64,000 bases of DNA from Promethearchaeota archaeon Loki_b32 (GCA_005223125.1 NJBH01000014.1:1-64000), one strand, 5' to 3'; positions 42,755 to 53,133 are shown, counted from the first letter of the stretch. Numbers and translations: made by a program. The notes: generated by a model from the sequence alone, not told the origin.

Positions 42755-43081
42755 TTATACTAAATCTAATTCTTTTTTAAGCTGATATAATTTTTGATAA
42801 TATTCGAAATTTAATGTATTCATATCTTGGACTATATCCGCATTAATTACCTTTTCTCCAGTAGCTTGGAGTTCTAGGTCTCCTATAACATTGATTAAAT
42901 CATCTTCTTTAAAGTTAAAGTCACCAATGGTTTTGAGACTAACATTTATATCACCAGTTTTATCTTCTAAAATAATATGACTATCATTAACTCTATTTTT
43001 AATATATCCAGTTACTTGGATTCGCTCATCATCTATAGTTATATCCTTAATTATTCTTTGCTTCGCATACTGAAATGACAT
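42755..43081 (-). CDS. Single OB-fold protein, RPA14/Rpa3-like
   Basis: IQVTGYI, LEDKTG, LINVIG, C-terminal helix LNFEYYQKL; divergent from PCNA. Confidence 0.65.
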   Translation of the reverse strand: MSFQYAKQRIIKDITIDDERIQVTGYIKNRVNDSHIILEDKTGDINVSLKTIGDFNFKEDDLINVIGDLELQATGEKVINADIVQDMNTLNFEYYQKLYQLKKELDLV

Positions 43082-43269
43082 TTTTTTTTTTTAAAAATAG
43101 GAATCATTCAATTATATAATTAATACAAATTTGAAAATTTAAGATAGGTATAAATAATTAATTTAAAACCTAAAATTGGTATTATTAAAAGACTAATATC
43201 AAACATTATTAATAATCCGAATTAAACAATATTATCTTATTTATAATGGAATAAAATTAATGAAAGAAT

Positions 43270-44073
43270 ATGACTTTTACGTTAAAATTAGAAAATAGTC
43301 GGATTTTGAAAGGGATAGTCGAAACTCTAGCGAGTATTATTGATGAAACTGAATTTCGAGTTACTCCTAAAGAGTTTACAATTTCAGCGATGGATCCTAG
43401 TAGAATATGTTTACTTAAACTATCAATTAAAAAGGAGAATTTTGATGAATACCAATGTGATAAAGATTCAAAAGTTGGGTTAAACTTGGATGATTTAGAT
43501 AAGATTTTAAAACGAAGTGCAGCAAATGATTCTGTAGAAATTGATTTTAATGAAGCTGAACAGAAAATAAAAATAAAAATGGCACGAGAGGGTATGACTC
43601 GTACACGAACCTTTAGTTTAGCTTTGTTGGATATCGATATTGAAGAAATTCCTATGGATAATTTATTGAGAATTGAATATCCTTCAAAATGGGTAATTGA
43701 ACCGGAATTCTTAGTTGAAGCAATAAAAGATGCTGAAATTTATTCTGAAATTCTTAATATGATTGCTGAAGAGGGAAAAGGATTGGTGTTTAGTTCAACA
43801 GGTCAAATTGGTGAAATGGAATATGATCTTAGCGAAGATGATTTAATAGAGACGGATATTAATGGAAAGAGTAGTGGAGCATATTCATTAACATTTTTAA
43901 AAGCAATCTTAAAAATAGCATCTATCACAGAAAAGTTAGAAATCTCTTTAAAGACGGATCATCCCTTAAAAATGATCTTTAATCTTCTTGAGGGTGGCGA
44001 ATTAAGTTACTTCTTAGCACCGAGAGTCGAAGAAGCTGAATTTGCAGATGAAGATGATATGGATGAATTTTAA
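43270..44073 (+). CDS. pcn: DNA sliding clamp PCNA
   Basis: AMDPSRI, YSLTFL, YFLAPR, acidic tail. Confidence 0.97.
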   Translation: MTFTLKLENSRILKGIVETLASIIDETEFRVTPKEFTISAMDPSRICLLKLSIKKENFDEYQCDKDSKVGLNLDDLDKILKRSAANDSVEIDFNEAEQKIKIKMAREGMTRTRTFSLALLDIDIEEIPMDNLLRIEYPSKWVIEPEFLVEAIKDAEIYSEILNMIAEEGKGLVFSSTGQIGEMEYDLSEDDLIETDINGKSSGAYSLTFLKAILKIASITEKLEISLKTDHPLKMIFNLLEGGELSYFLAPRVEEAEFADEDDMDEF

Positions 44074-44246
44074 TTTTTTTTATGTAACTGTAACTACAAC
44101 GAAAAAATCGAAAATACGATAAAATAATGAAAAAACTTTTTATATTTTTAAATTATTGAATCATCTAATTTCGATGTTTTTTGAATTTCCTTAACTTTCT
44201 TTCTTAATAAATTCAGTATCATTAAGGGAGTTAAATAAAAAAGTAA

Positions 44247-44350
44247 TGTTAAATATTATTAACATCCCATAGAAGCTTATTATACACCTTATTCCTTTTG
44301 TTTTTTGATCAATTCGAAACTTTTAAATACCCATGTTAAATATAGTAACA
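44247..44350 (+). promoter_or_regulatory. Two TGTTA-N-TAACA operator-like palindromes flanking a BRE/TATA
   Basis: TGTTAAATATTATTAACA 44247-64; TGTTAAATATAGTAACA 44334-50; CGAAAC-TTTTAAATA at about 44315-29. Confidence 0.6.
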
Positions 44351-44452
44351 CAATGAATGATCATTTTTTAAATCGATTGGTTAGAAAGATAATACCCCCC
44401 GATAAAAATGATTTTCAGAATTTAACATTTAAGAAATTGGTGAAAAAAAAAA

Positions 44453-45298
44453 ATGAGTAAAGAAAAAAATTCATATAAAGGTAGTATTTCTAGCTCTTAT
44501 AAAACCAAAGAACTGCTAAAAAACACAATTTTACTTGGTATTATTGCTACCGCAGGAGCGTTTTTTACATGGTGGATCATGCTTATGATATTTACTGACG
44601 GTCTTGAGAAAAGTGTTGTGGTTCCTATTGAAGTGACATATTTAGTCTTCATAATCGTTTATAGCGTATTTATAACGATAATAGTTCTCATATATCTCTA
44701 TAATACGGCGTATGTCAAGAATTTTAGCTACAAAATTTCAGAGGATCACATTGTCATAAAACATGGAGTTCTTACTAAAATAGTCGCTACCATCCCCTAC
44801 AGTAGAATTCAGAATATTAACATCGTTAATGGGGTGTTTGACAGGATGTTTAAGACTTTTACGGTGAAAATCGAGACTGCGGGTTCAAGTGCAGCAGCAG
44901 CAAGCGCTAAGAGCGGTCATGTCAAGCCTGAGGGCTATATTCCTGGCTTAAAGGATCCAAAGACCATCGAGAAGAAGATTAAGGAGATGATGACGAAGTA
45001 TTCAGCAGTTCCAAGTAGCCTTGAAGACAAAATCTTTAAACCTGAAGAGTTGGCGTTTGATAATTTTATCAGCTATATCCTTTCGAAGATGCGGGAAGGC
45101 GAGAAATTAAAGACCAGTATAACGGAATTACGCGAAAAAGCTAATCTTTCTGCTGCTGACTTAGCCGAGAAGGTTGGTGTTCCACTTCAGACGATTAATT
45201 ACTTAGCTGAAGGGCGATATAACCCAAGCCTAGCATTGACCTATAAGATTGCGGAAGTATTACACTGTAAAATAGAAGATTTGTTTAAATTAGTCTAA
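44453..45298 (+). CDS. Membrane protein with bacterial PH domain (YdbS-like) fused to a C-terminal XRE HTH
   Basis: 2 TM; IPYSRIQNINI.NG.FDR.F....VKIETAG; LAEKVGVPLQTINYLAEGRYNPSL. Confidence 0.85.
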   Translation: MSKEKNSYKGSISSSYKTKELLKNTILLGIIATAGAFFTWWIMLMIFTDGLEKSVVVPIEVTYLVFIIVYSVFITIIVLIYLYNTAYVKNFSYKISEDHIVIKHGVLTKIVATIPYSRIQNINIVNGVFDRMFKTFTVKIETAGSSAAAASAKSGHVKPEGYIPGLKDPKTIEKKIKEMMTKYSAVPSSLEDKIFKPEELAFDNFISYILSKMREGEKLKTSITELREKANLSAADLAEKVGVPLQTINYLAEGRYNPSLALTYKIAEVLHCKIEDLFKLV

Positions 45299-45371
45299 AA
45301 ATTCAATATTTTTTTTAATTATTATTACAATTATTAAGATTCTGGAAAGAGTAATGGATTGGTGAGACAGC

Positions 45372-45791
45372 ATGAAATTTAAGAAAAAAATCACTTCAAG
45401 AATAAAGCAATTCAGGGAGGAGTTAGAACTGCCCCAGTTAGAATTAGCGAAACTTGTAGGGGTTTCTCGCCAGACGATCTATTACTTAGAGCGGGGTTCG
45501 TACAATCCATCCTTGACGATATCCTTTAAAATATCGGAAATCTTGAAAAAACCGATCCATGATATATTCTATCAGGAACCAGTTATTAAGGATATACTAG
45601 AGGGTAAATCATTGGCAGAATTAAGGGAAGTTGCCGAAATAGCGGGGATCAGCCTTGAAAAGCTGGCTTCCTTAAGCGAAATAGACGACGAACACCTAAC
45701 AAAAGATTTTAAGGAGGATACGTTGATTAAAATCGCGTTAGGACTGGGAATAGACTTCGAAGATCTATTTGAAAAAGAAGCCGAAAATTAA
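45372..45791 (+). CDS. XRE/Cro transcriptional regulator with a second degenerate HTH
   Basis: QLELAKLVGVSRQTIYYLERGSYNPSL; second LREVAEIAGIS...IALGLGIDFEDLF. Confidence 0.88.
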   Translation: MKFKKKITSRIKQFREELELPQLELAKLVGVSRQTIYYLERGSYNPSLTISFKISEILKKPIHDIFYQEPVIKDILEGKSLAELREVAEIAGISLEKLASLSEIDDEHLTKDFKEDTLIKIALGLGIDFEDLFEKEAEN

Positions 45792-45987
45792 AAATCTATA
45801 AAAAAATAAAATTAAAAAAAATCTATCCGATTCTGAAAAATTACAATTTTCTTTAAATTTATTAGCAAGTTAATAGTTTAATAAAAATTATCAGTAAATT
45901 AATTTACTCTTAATCTATTAAAGGCTAGTACCATCATTAATTTTTGATTATAAATATTTAGATTTAAATTAAAGAAATTTTTGGGCA

Positions 45988-47175
45988 ATGAGCGACATTT
46001 ACGACTTAGTGAAACGGTACCCTTGGCTTCCTTCTTTAAAAACATACTATTCTGATATAGCATTAAAAAATCCTTTAGATTTTATTAGTGAAATCTTTTC
46101 ATCCAACAAATCTGAGGAGCTAGAAAGTAGAGTATTGAACCTATTCAATGATGCATTTAATAAAATAGAACATTTATCGGAATATGAACTCGATGAGATT
46201 AATATTTATGTTTATTTAATTCTAAGAATTTTACTTTATATTATAAATGATAAAATTCTTTCTAATCGTATAGCAAACATATATTCCAAAACTACTTACA
46301 ATGAATTAAATAAAGAAAATGAATATAATTTATATTATATTTACCAGGATTTAAATTTAAAAGTTATTTATGAAGAACAGCCATTTGTCTATAAGAAATT
46401 TGTTGTAAAAGAGCAAAAAGAAATTTTTAAAACCAATTTCAAGATTTCTTTTTTGGACTATTTAAAACTTGCATCTAATTTAAAGGATGAATATCGAAAA
46501 TTAGTGAATAACGCTCTACTTCAAGGTTATGTATATATTAAACCTGAAAATATTAATAGATTGTTACAAGAACATGTAAGAAAGAAATTACTAATTCAAA
46601 ATAACGAAGTTTCTTCCGATTTTGAGAAATTTAAGGAAAGATTATTTGAAATCCATGAATTTAAAAAATTATATACCACCATAACAAAGATTTGGGAATC
46701 AAAAAAAGAAGAATTTGAATATTCAATTGATATAACTTTTAAGGAAGGTAAAGATTATTCGGGAATTTTGCCTCCTTGTATCAAAGAAATACTCTCCAAA
46801 GCACAAGAGGGGCAGAATTTAGTGCATACAGAGAGATTATTTATATTATGGTTTTTAAATTCACTTAAATATCCTGAGGATAAAATAATTAATGTGTTTT
46901 CAACACTTCCTGATTTTGATAGAGAAAAAACAGCATATCAAGTGAAATATGCTATGAAAAAAGGATATACTCCCTATTCATGCAAGTCATTAAAATCATA
47001 TAATTTATGTTTTGCAAATGAATATAAAGATCCAATTTGTTTAGAGGGTTATTATTCAAGGATGCAAGATGAACAAAAATTTATTTCACATCCTCTTAAA
47101 TATATAGAAGTCAAAGAATATCGTGATTCTAAGAAATTAAAAAAGACAAAAAATCAATCTCAAGATCAAAAATGA
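45988..47175 (+). CDS. priL: DNA primase large subunit
   Basis: RYPWL, PPCI, HTERL, PDFD..KT.YQV, YSC..LC..C (Fe-S ligands). Confidence 0.93.
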   Translation: MSDIYDLVKRYPWLPSLKTYYSDIALKNPLDFISEIFSSNKSEELESRVLNLFNDAFNKIEHLSEYELDEINIYVYLILRILLYIINDKILSNRIANIYSKTTYNELNKENEYNLYYIYQDLNLKVIYEEQPFVYKKFVVKEQKEIFKTNFKISFLDYLKLASNLKDEYRKLVNNALLQGYVYIKPENINRLLQEHVRKKLLIQNNEVSSDFEKFKERLFEIHEFKKLYTTITKIWESKKEEFEYSIDITFKEGKDYSGILPPCIKEILSKAQEGQNLVHTERLFILWFLNSLKYPEDKIINVFSTLPDFDREKTAYQVKYAMKKGYTPYSCKSLKSYNLCFANEYKDPICLEGYYSRMQDEQKFISHPLKYIEVKEYRDSKKLKKTKNQSQDQK

Positions 47176-48455
47176 AATCTTTTGAGTATCTAAAACGCCG
47201 ATTTAAGGAATATTATAAAGATAATAAAGAGAAGATACCTTTAGTTAGTTTATTCGATCAAAGAGAATTTGGCTTTATTCCATGGGATCAACAAATAAGG
47301 ATGATTAGACATATGGGTTTTGCAACAAGGGATAATTTAATAAAACATTTAATCAATAATGGACCCAGACATGTATATTCGAGTGGATCACTTTATTTAA
47401 ATCCAGAAAACAAAGATATGAAGAACAAGAGTTATCTAGGTTGCGATATAATTATCGATATTGATGTAGATCACTTTTACACTCCCTGTAAGGAGGATCA
47501 TGATATATGGTATTGTAAAGAGTGTGGAAAAAATGGAAAAGGAATGGTAGAAAAATGTCCAAATTGTAAAAAATCAAAATTGAAAAAATTAAATTGGATA
47601 TGTGAAAAGTGTCTAAATGTAGCTAAAAAAGAGATAATTAAGTTAATTTATGATTTTTTGATACCTGATTTCAATATTGATATTGAAAAAATGAAAATCG
47701 CTTTTTCAGGACATAGGGGATATCATTTGAAAATTGAAGATAATGACCTAAGAACATTATCAAGTGATGAGCGTAGGGAAATCATTGATTATATTACTGG
47801 GGAAGGAATTTCTTATGAAATTTTAGGCTTACGAAAAATGGGAGATAATATTTTTGGTTTTTCAAGAGAAACCATTGGCTGGTCTCAAAAAATTAATAGA
47901 AAAATTGAAGAAATTTTAAAAAAAACTAACATCGAAATCGAAACTCTATTATCAGATAAAAGAACATTTAATCTAAATAAAAATTTTATAGAAAATCTTC
48001 TAAACTATAAAAATAATTTTCTTAATATTATTGAAAGTGACAATATGAATAATTGGACTCTTGTAAATTCAAATTTAAATACGTGGTATAAATTTCTAGG
48101 GGCTATTGTTGAAGAAATTGGAATTGAAGTTGATGTACCAGTAGCGATAGATATTCATAGACTTATTAGATATCCTGGATCTTTACATGGTAAAACAGGA
48201 TTTAAGGTTCAAGAACTAAATCCTAATGATCTTGATGATTTTAATCCTTTAGATGAGCAAACTGAGAAATTAGATCCTATTGTATTTGTTAGCAAAGTAC
48301 AAACTATTCAAAAATTAGAAATAATTGAATCTGATGTACCAGCAACAAAAATTAAAGGGGAAACGTTTGGACCATATAAATTAGGTGATAAAATTGAGAT
48401 TCCTCATCATATTGCGGTTTTTTTATTATGTAAAGGAGTTGCTAAGTCCATATAA
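47172..48455 (+). CDS. priS: DNA primase small subunit
   Basis: REFGF, DIDVD, FSGHRGYH, DIHRLIRYPGSLHGKTG. Confidence 0.96.
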   Translation: MKSFEYLKRRFKEYYKDNKEKIPLVSLFDQREFGFIPWDQQIRMIRHMGFATRDNLIKHLINNGPRHVYSSGSLYLNPENKDMKNKSYLGCDIIIDIDVDHFYTPCKEDHDIWYCKECGKNGKGMVEKCPNCKKSKLKKLNWICEKCLNVAKKEIIKLIYDFLIPDFNIDIEKMKIAFSGHRGYHLKIEDNDLRTLSSDERREIIDYITGEGISYEILGLRKMGDNIFGFSRETIGWSQKINRKIEEILKKTNIEIETLLSDKRTFNLNKNFIENLLNYKNNFLNIIESDNMNNWTLVNSNLNTWYKFLGAIVEEIGIEVDVPVAIDIHRLIRYPGSLHGKTGFKVQELNPNDLDDFNPLDEQTEKLDPIVFVSKVQTIQKLEIIESDVPATKIKGETFGPYKLGDKIEIPHHIAVFLLCKGVAKSI

Positions 48456-48515
48456 GTTAAAAAATTTAATATTAAGAACACTGTTTACTATATTAAACTG
48501 AAAAGTTCGATATTT

Positions 48516-49184
48516 ATGGATTTAAAAAAGGATTATAAGAAACTTTATCAGCAATGGCATAAAGAATTCAAACAAATTAAACTAACAGAGTTAAATCAAG
48601 ATCTTTTTAATCATTACAAAAAAATATTGAATTTCATCAATGAGTATAAGGAAGACAACTCGAATGAACTTAAGAATCTTATATTAAATTCTTATAAAGA
48701 AAATTTTAACTTCTTATTTGATGATTTTTTAAAGCTTCGGGAAGTTAAAATCATAAATTCTGCCTTAGCACTTAAAGAAATTAATTTAAATAATGTCATC
48801 GAAGCAGAAAAATTGTTTTATCAAAATTTAGTAGGTACAATCAAGGGATTTAAGAAAGTAAAAACACTTTCCCTTTACCAAGGAGAAAGCGAAATAAATC
48901 TTGAAGATCTAATTAAATCAGAAGTAAAAATAAAAGAAGATATTAAAGAAGTATCAATCTCGAATAAAAAAGAGAAAAGCCTAATTTCCGAATCTAACGA
49001 TTTAATTGATGAAGTGAAAATAGATTATACTCTCGTGAGATTTTTAAAAGAGACTCCTCCGTTAGTTGGGATTGATCTTATTAATTACGGGCCTTTTGAG
49101 AAAGAAGATATTGCTAATTTACCCCAGAAAAATGCTAAAATTCTTATGAATGAAAAATTTGCTGAAAAAATAGAACTTAATTAA
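48516..49184 (+). CDS. GINS subunit (Gins15/Gins51)
   Basis: LREVKI helical A domain; B domain VRFLKETPPLVGIDLINYGPFEKEDIANLP..NA; follows priS. Confidence 0.9.
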   Translation: MDLKKDYKKLYQQWHKEFKQIKLTELNQDLFNHYKKILNFINEYKEDNSNELKNLILNSYKENFNFLFDDFLKLREVKIINSALALKEINLNNVIEAEKLFYQNLVGTIKGFKKVKTLSLYQGESEINLEDLIKSEVKIKEDIKEVSISNKKEKSLISESNDLIDEVKIDYTLVRFLKETPPLVGIDLINYGPFEKEDIANLPQKNAKILMNEKFAEKIELN

Positions 49185-49186
49185 CT

Positions 49187-49372
49187 TTATTTAAATTTCT
49201 TTTCAAACTCTTCTTTAAAATATTGTAATCGATATTTTCCATATTTATCTATTGGAGAATACTTTGGAGGTCTTGGATTTACTAATTTATCTCCGCAATA
49301 ACGACACTTTGATTCTTGATTCTGCAGTCCATATCTATTACAATTCTTACACTTTTGGAGGTATTTAGTCAT
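49187..49372 (-). CDS. nop10: H/ACA RNP protein Nop10
   Basis: CKNC..Y, CRYCG, PPKYSPIDKYGKYR. Confidence 0.95.
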   Translation of the reverse strand: MTKYLQKCKNCNRYGLQNQESKCRYCGDKLVNPRPPKYSPIDKYGKYRLQYFKEEFEKKFK

Positions 49373-49438
49373 TCTTATGTCATATAATTAATTTTGAATT
49401 AGTATTGAATTTTGCTAACAATCCTACAGAATTATAAA

Positions 49439-50260
49439 TCAATCGCGTTCAAACGAAAAACTACCATTATATTTTTCAACTTTCTGTTCTATAATTTCTA
49501 AGGCATCTGATAAAATATTCTCTGCATCTAAATAATCCTTTGAAACTATTTCTAATCGATAAAATGGAGCTGCTATATAATTAATATTAATGCTTCTCGT
49601 TTCTTTTTCCTCTATTATCTTCAGTGCTTCTAATAATGACTCTTTAATTTGTTCTATCCCATTCTCTGAGTTGAATGAAAGCCTTACTCTCCCAGATATA
49701 CTTACTGTAGAAATGCTTACATTTTCTTCGATTATTTTCAATAAAGCTTTTTTGATATCTTCTGTCATACCATCTAATTTCGATAGTAATTCCACTCCAT
49801 TTTCTTTAAGATTTTCGATAGTCTCTTGATATGAATCAAAAATCTCTCGAACTGGAAAACCAATTAATTCATACGCTTTATCAAGCGTAATATTAATTCC
49901 CTCTGTTTCTGTAAGAAATTGAAGCAAGTTTTCATATTTTAAAGCATATTTCCATTCCTTTATTCGATTTTCCTTTTGAGCAGAATTAACTCTTCGTAAT
50001 GATAAATCTACATGTCCTTTATCTGCATCTACTCTTAATACTCGCAGAACTATTCGTTGACCAATTCGAACATAATTACGAATATTTTTAATCCATCGAG
50101 AACTTATTTCTGAGATATGTATCATACCTCTAGCACTCGCATCATAATCCAGTCCTTCAAAATCAATTAAATCAACATATACATATTGCTTTTGAACTTC
50201 TGTTACTTTTGCAACCACAAATTCTCCTTCCCTAGGGAATTTTGATTTACTTTTTACCAT
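49439..50260 (-). CDS. eif2a: Translation initiation factor 2 alpha
   Basis: FPREGEFV, IHISEISSRWIKNIR, KGHVDLSLRRV, AAPFYR. Confidence 0.97.
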   Translation of the reverse strand: MVKSKSKFPREGEFVVAKVTEVQKQYVYVDLIDFEGLDYDASARGMIHISEISSRWIKNIRNYVRIGQRIVLRVLRVDADKGHVDLSLRRVNSAQKENRIKEWKYALKYENLLQFLTETEGINITLDKAYELIGFPVREIFDSYQETIENLKENGVELLSKLDGMTEDIKKALLKIIEENVSISTVSISGRVRLSFNSENGIEQIKESLLEALKIIEEKETRSININYIAAPFYRLEIVSKDYLDAENILSDALEIIEQKVEKYNGSFSFERD

Positions 50261-50383
50261 TGTAGTGATAAAACTATAGATTATTATTTAATTTTTATAA
50301 AATCTTATTTTTATTTAATGAACTATAATTTTTTATTTTTTTCATCTTTCAAATAAAAAAAGAAAAAAAACAGTGATTATAAA

Positions 50384-50860
50384 ATTCCTAATTGGTTTAT
50401 TCATAACAAATGGGCTAAAAAAGCAGGCATAAAAACAAATATAGCGAATATGGTAAATAGAACTCTAGATTACGGGTTCAATTGGACCCTATATCAAGAA
50501 GATGACGCAACTATTGAGGATTATGATGATAGTATTATTTCTCTACAGTTGAAGCATTTTACTGAAAAAGAAAAAAATAAGAAAGGGTATATTAAAGCAC
50601 TTTACTTACATCATCTTCTGGATTTCTTCAAGGAAACATATGTCAATATTTATAACCTTGAATTAGTTTTTGAAAAATTTTTACAGAATAAAGTTTTAAT
50701 TGAAATAACTGATACAGAAGGAAATCACATTAATTTTCAAGAAGAAATACAAGAAATATTCCAATTATTAAGAGAAAATAAGGAAGAACTATATATTGAT
50801 CTTAAAGGACAATATTTACCTGAATTAGAAAAATCAAAAAATAGAAAACATGAAAATTAA
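50384..50860 (+). CDS. Hypothetical putative metal-binding helical protein (start extended to ATT 50384)
   Basis: Frame open upstream of ATG 50450: (I)PNWFIHNKWAKKAGI...; later HHLLD motif; in-frame TAA at 50354. Confidence 0.55.
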   Translation: MPNWFIHNKWAKKAGIKTNIANMVNRTLDYGFNWTLYQEDDATIEDYDDSIISLQLKHFTEKEKNKKGYIKALYLHHLLDFFKETYVNIYNLELVFEKFLQNKVLIEITDTEGNHINFQEEIQEIFQLLRENKEELYIDLKGQYLPELEKSKNRKHEN

Positions 50861-50887
50861 TAGATTTATGTCAAGAAATTTCATATT

Positions 50888-52753
50888 TTATAGATATTGA
50901 GAAACCCACTCTACATCTAATTCTTGCAATTTAGTTTTTGTAGGGATCCCTTCTTCTGTCCATCCCATCATCTTATAATACATTAGTATCGCGTTTTTTA
51001 ACTTATCTGGTTCAATTTTTGTTTCTGCAAGTGCTCCTGATGTATGAGGTTGGAAAAATCTTTCAGGCAACCAATCTTCATTTTTAGAAAAACCCTCTCT
51101 TATATTAAAAACCCTAGCCATCGTGGTAATCCTCTCTCCTACCTTCATCAATTCCCAAGATGAAGTATACCAACCAGTCACAGCCCTAACAATCTCGGGT
51201 ATATCAATATAATCCCAAGGCAAAAAATAACATATCAGTAACGCATTAGATAAATTTCGCCAATTACTATAGTATGTTAAAATTCTAACCTTCTTTGCTC
51301 CTAAATCATCCATCTCTAATGGTTCTAAAATACCTAAAGCACTATGAAGAGCTATAGCTCTTTCACTTATAAAAGAAGTATCGTGCATATTTGCCATATG
51401 TTCCGCGCCAGTAGGTGAAATTGTATAGCCAACACCTAATCCTTGTTTTAATCGAGGTTCATGCATTGGAATTTCCTGACCCTTTACATGCATAGCAAAC
51501 TTATCTGCTCCCATCTTTATTTTTTCAGCGGCCCTTTTAACACCTTCTGCTAAAATATCACCTAAACCTTCACGTTTAGCAATCATTTCAACCATCTGGA
51601 TCATAGCTTCAGCATTTCCAAAATTTAATTTTATACCGTTAGTATCTTTATCAGTTAAAATTCCATTCTCATAACATTCCATTGCAAATCCTATAGATAC
51701 TCCTGTTGAAATTGTATCTAATGAATTTTTATTACAAAGCTCATTTGCCTTGCAAACTGCTTTTATATCATCTATTCCACAATTGGAACCGAAAGCACCT
51801 ATTGATTCATATTCAGGACCTCCGTAGAGAGGGTCGACTTCCCAAGGCTCTTTAATCTCTACAACTTTTTTACACCTAATTGAACACGCATAACAAGCAT
51901 CCATTGTAAGGTTAATTTCCTCTTTCATAATACTGGGATCTAAAGCTTTAGCTCCAGAAAAATTACCATCTCTAAAATTTCGAGTTGGAAGATTACCTGA
52001 TTCAGCAAACATTTCCATTATCCCTCCTCCTGTACCATGCTCAAAATAACCTGCATATGTTTTATACGCCACATCGTGATACTCTTTAATTTTCACTCTT
52101 AATTTTTCTTTATTATTGACTTCAAGCTTCTTATGACCTCTAACGGCAACTGCTTTTAGATTCTTTGAACCCATTACAGCACCCAACCCACCACGGCCAG
52201 CAGCATTTCGTAAATCATTAATAATACATGCATAACGGACTAAACGTTCTCCTCCTGGCCCGATTTGAGCTACACGGACTAATTTATCACCCAACTCTTT
52301 TTGTATAATTTCTTCAGCTTTACCAGTGATTTTCCCCCAAAGATGAGTCGCATCCTTAATCTCTGCTTTACCATCATTGATCCACAAATATACAGGATTT
52401 TTGGCCTTTCCCTCTACTATAATAGCATCAAATCCAGCATGTTTCAATTCAGCCCCCCAATGACCTCCAACTTCAGCTTCACCAAAACCGCCTGTTAAAG
52501 GAGACTTAGCACCAACGCTGTTTCTACCAGTACCTGGTATCGCAAATCCAGTTAAAGGACCAGTAGCAAAAATAAGCTTATTTTCAGGACTTAATGGGTC
52601 AATCCCAACTTTTAATTCCTTTAGAAGAAAATATGCTACGAAACCTTCTCCACCAATATATCTTCTGCAAAAAATCTCATCTAAATTTTCAATTGAGATT
52701 TTTTCTTTTGTTAAATCTACTCTAAGAATATTACCAGTGTATCCATTTACCAT
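50888..52753 (-). CDS. aor: Aldehyde:ferredoxin oxidoreductase (tungsten AOR family)
   Basis: ILRVDLT, KSPLTG, GRGGLGAVMGSKNLKAV, CYACSIRC, GPEYE, DTIS. Confidence 0.93.
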   Translation of the reverse strand: MVNGYTGNILRVDLTKEKISIENLDEIFCRRYIGGEGFVAYFLLKELKVGIDPLSPENKLIFATGPLTGFAIPGTGRNSVGAKSPLTGGFGEAEVGGHWGAELKHAGFDAIIVEGKAKNPVYLWINDGKAEIKDATHLWGKITGKAEEIIQKELGDKLVRVAQIGPGGERLVRYACIINDLRNAAGRGGLGAVMGSKNLKAVAVRGHKKLEVNNKEKLRVKIKEYHDVAYKTYAGYFEHGTGGGIMEMFAESGNLPTRNFRDGNFSGAKALDPSIMKEEINLTMDACYACSIRCKKVVEIKEPWEVDPLYGGPEYESIGAFGSNCGIDDIKAVCKANELCNKNSLDTISTGVSIGFAMECYENGILTDKDTNGIKLNFGNAEAMIQMVEMIAKREGLGDILAEGVKRAAEKIKMGADKFAMHVKGQEIPMHEPRLKQGLGVGYTISPTGAEHMANMHDTSFISERAIALHSALGILEPLEMDDLGAKKVRILTYYSNWRNLSNALLICYFLPWDYIDIPEIVRAVTGWYTSSWELMKVGERITTMARVFNIREGFSKNEDWLPERFFQPHTSGALAETKIEPDKLKNAILMYYKMMGWTEEGIPTKTKLQELDVEWVSQYL

Positions 52754-53133
52754 TTATAACCCATTTTCATAATAAATTTTTAAATATTATATAGTTAAAT
52801 TTCATCAAACTTATATAACTTATTCATGTCAAAACTCAAAATTCAACTTATTTTAGTTTTATTTCATAATTTAGTTTTAAACCAAATGTCACTATATTTG
52901 AAAATTGAAGATTCGAGGTAATAATTATTAAAATGAAATTTGATATTAGTAAAGAAGAGTTCATGAAATGGGACATTCATTAAAAAATAAAGGTATTAAA
53001 AATTCCAATATCATTCATACTGAATGCTAAAATATAGTAAAAAATATAAATTCATAGACATTCACAATTAACATCTAATAAAAATTAATTACATTTAATA
53101 TTTTAAAAATTATTAATTAATGAATGATTAAAA

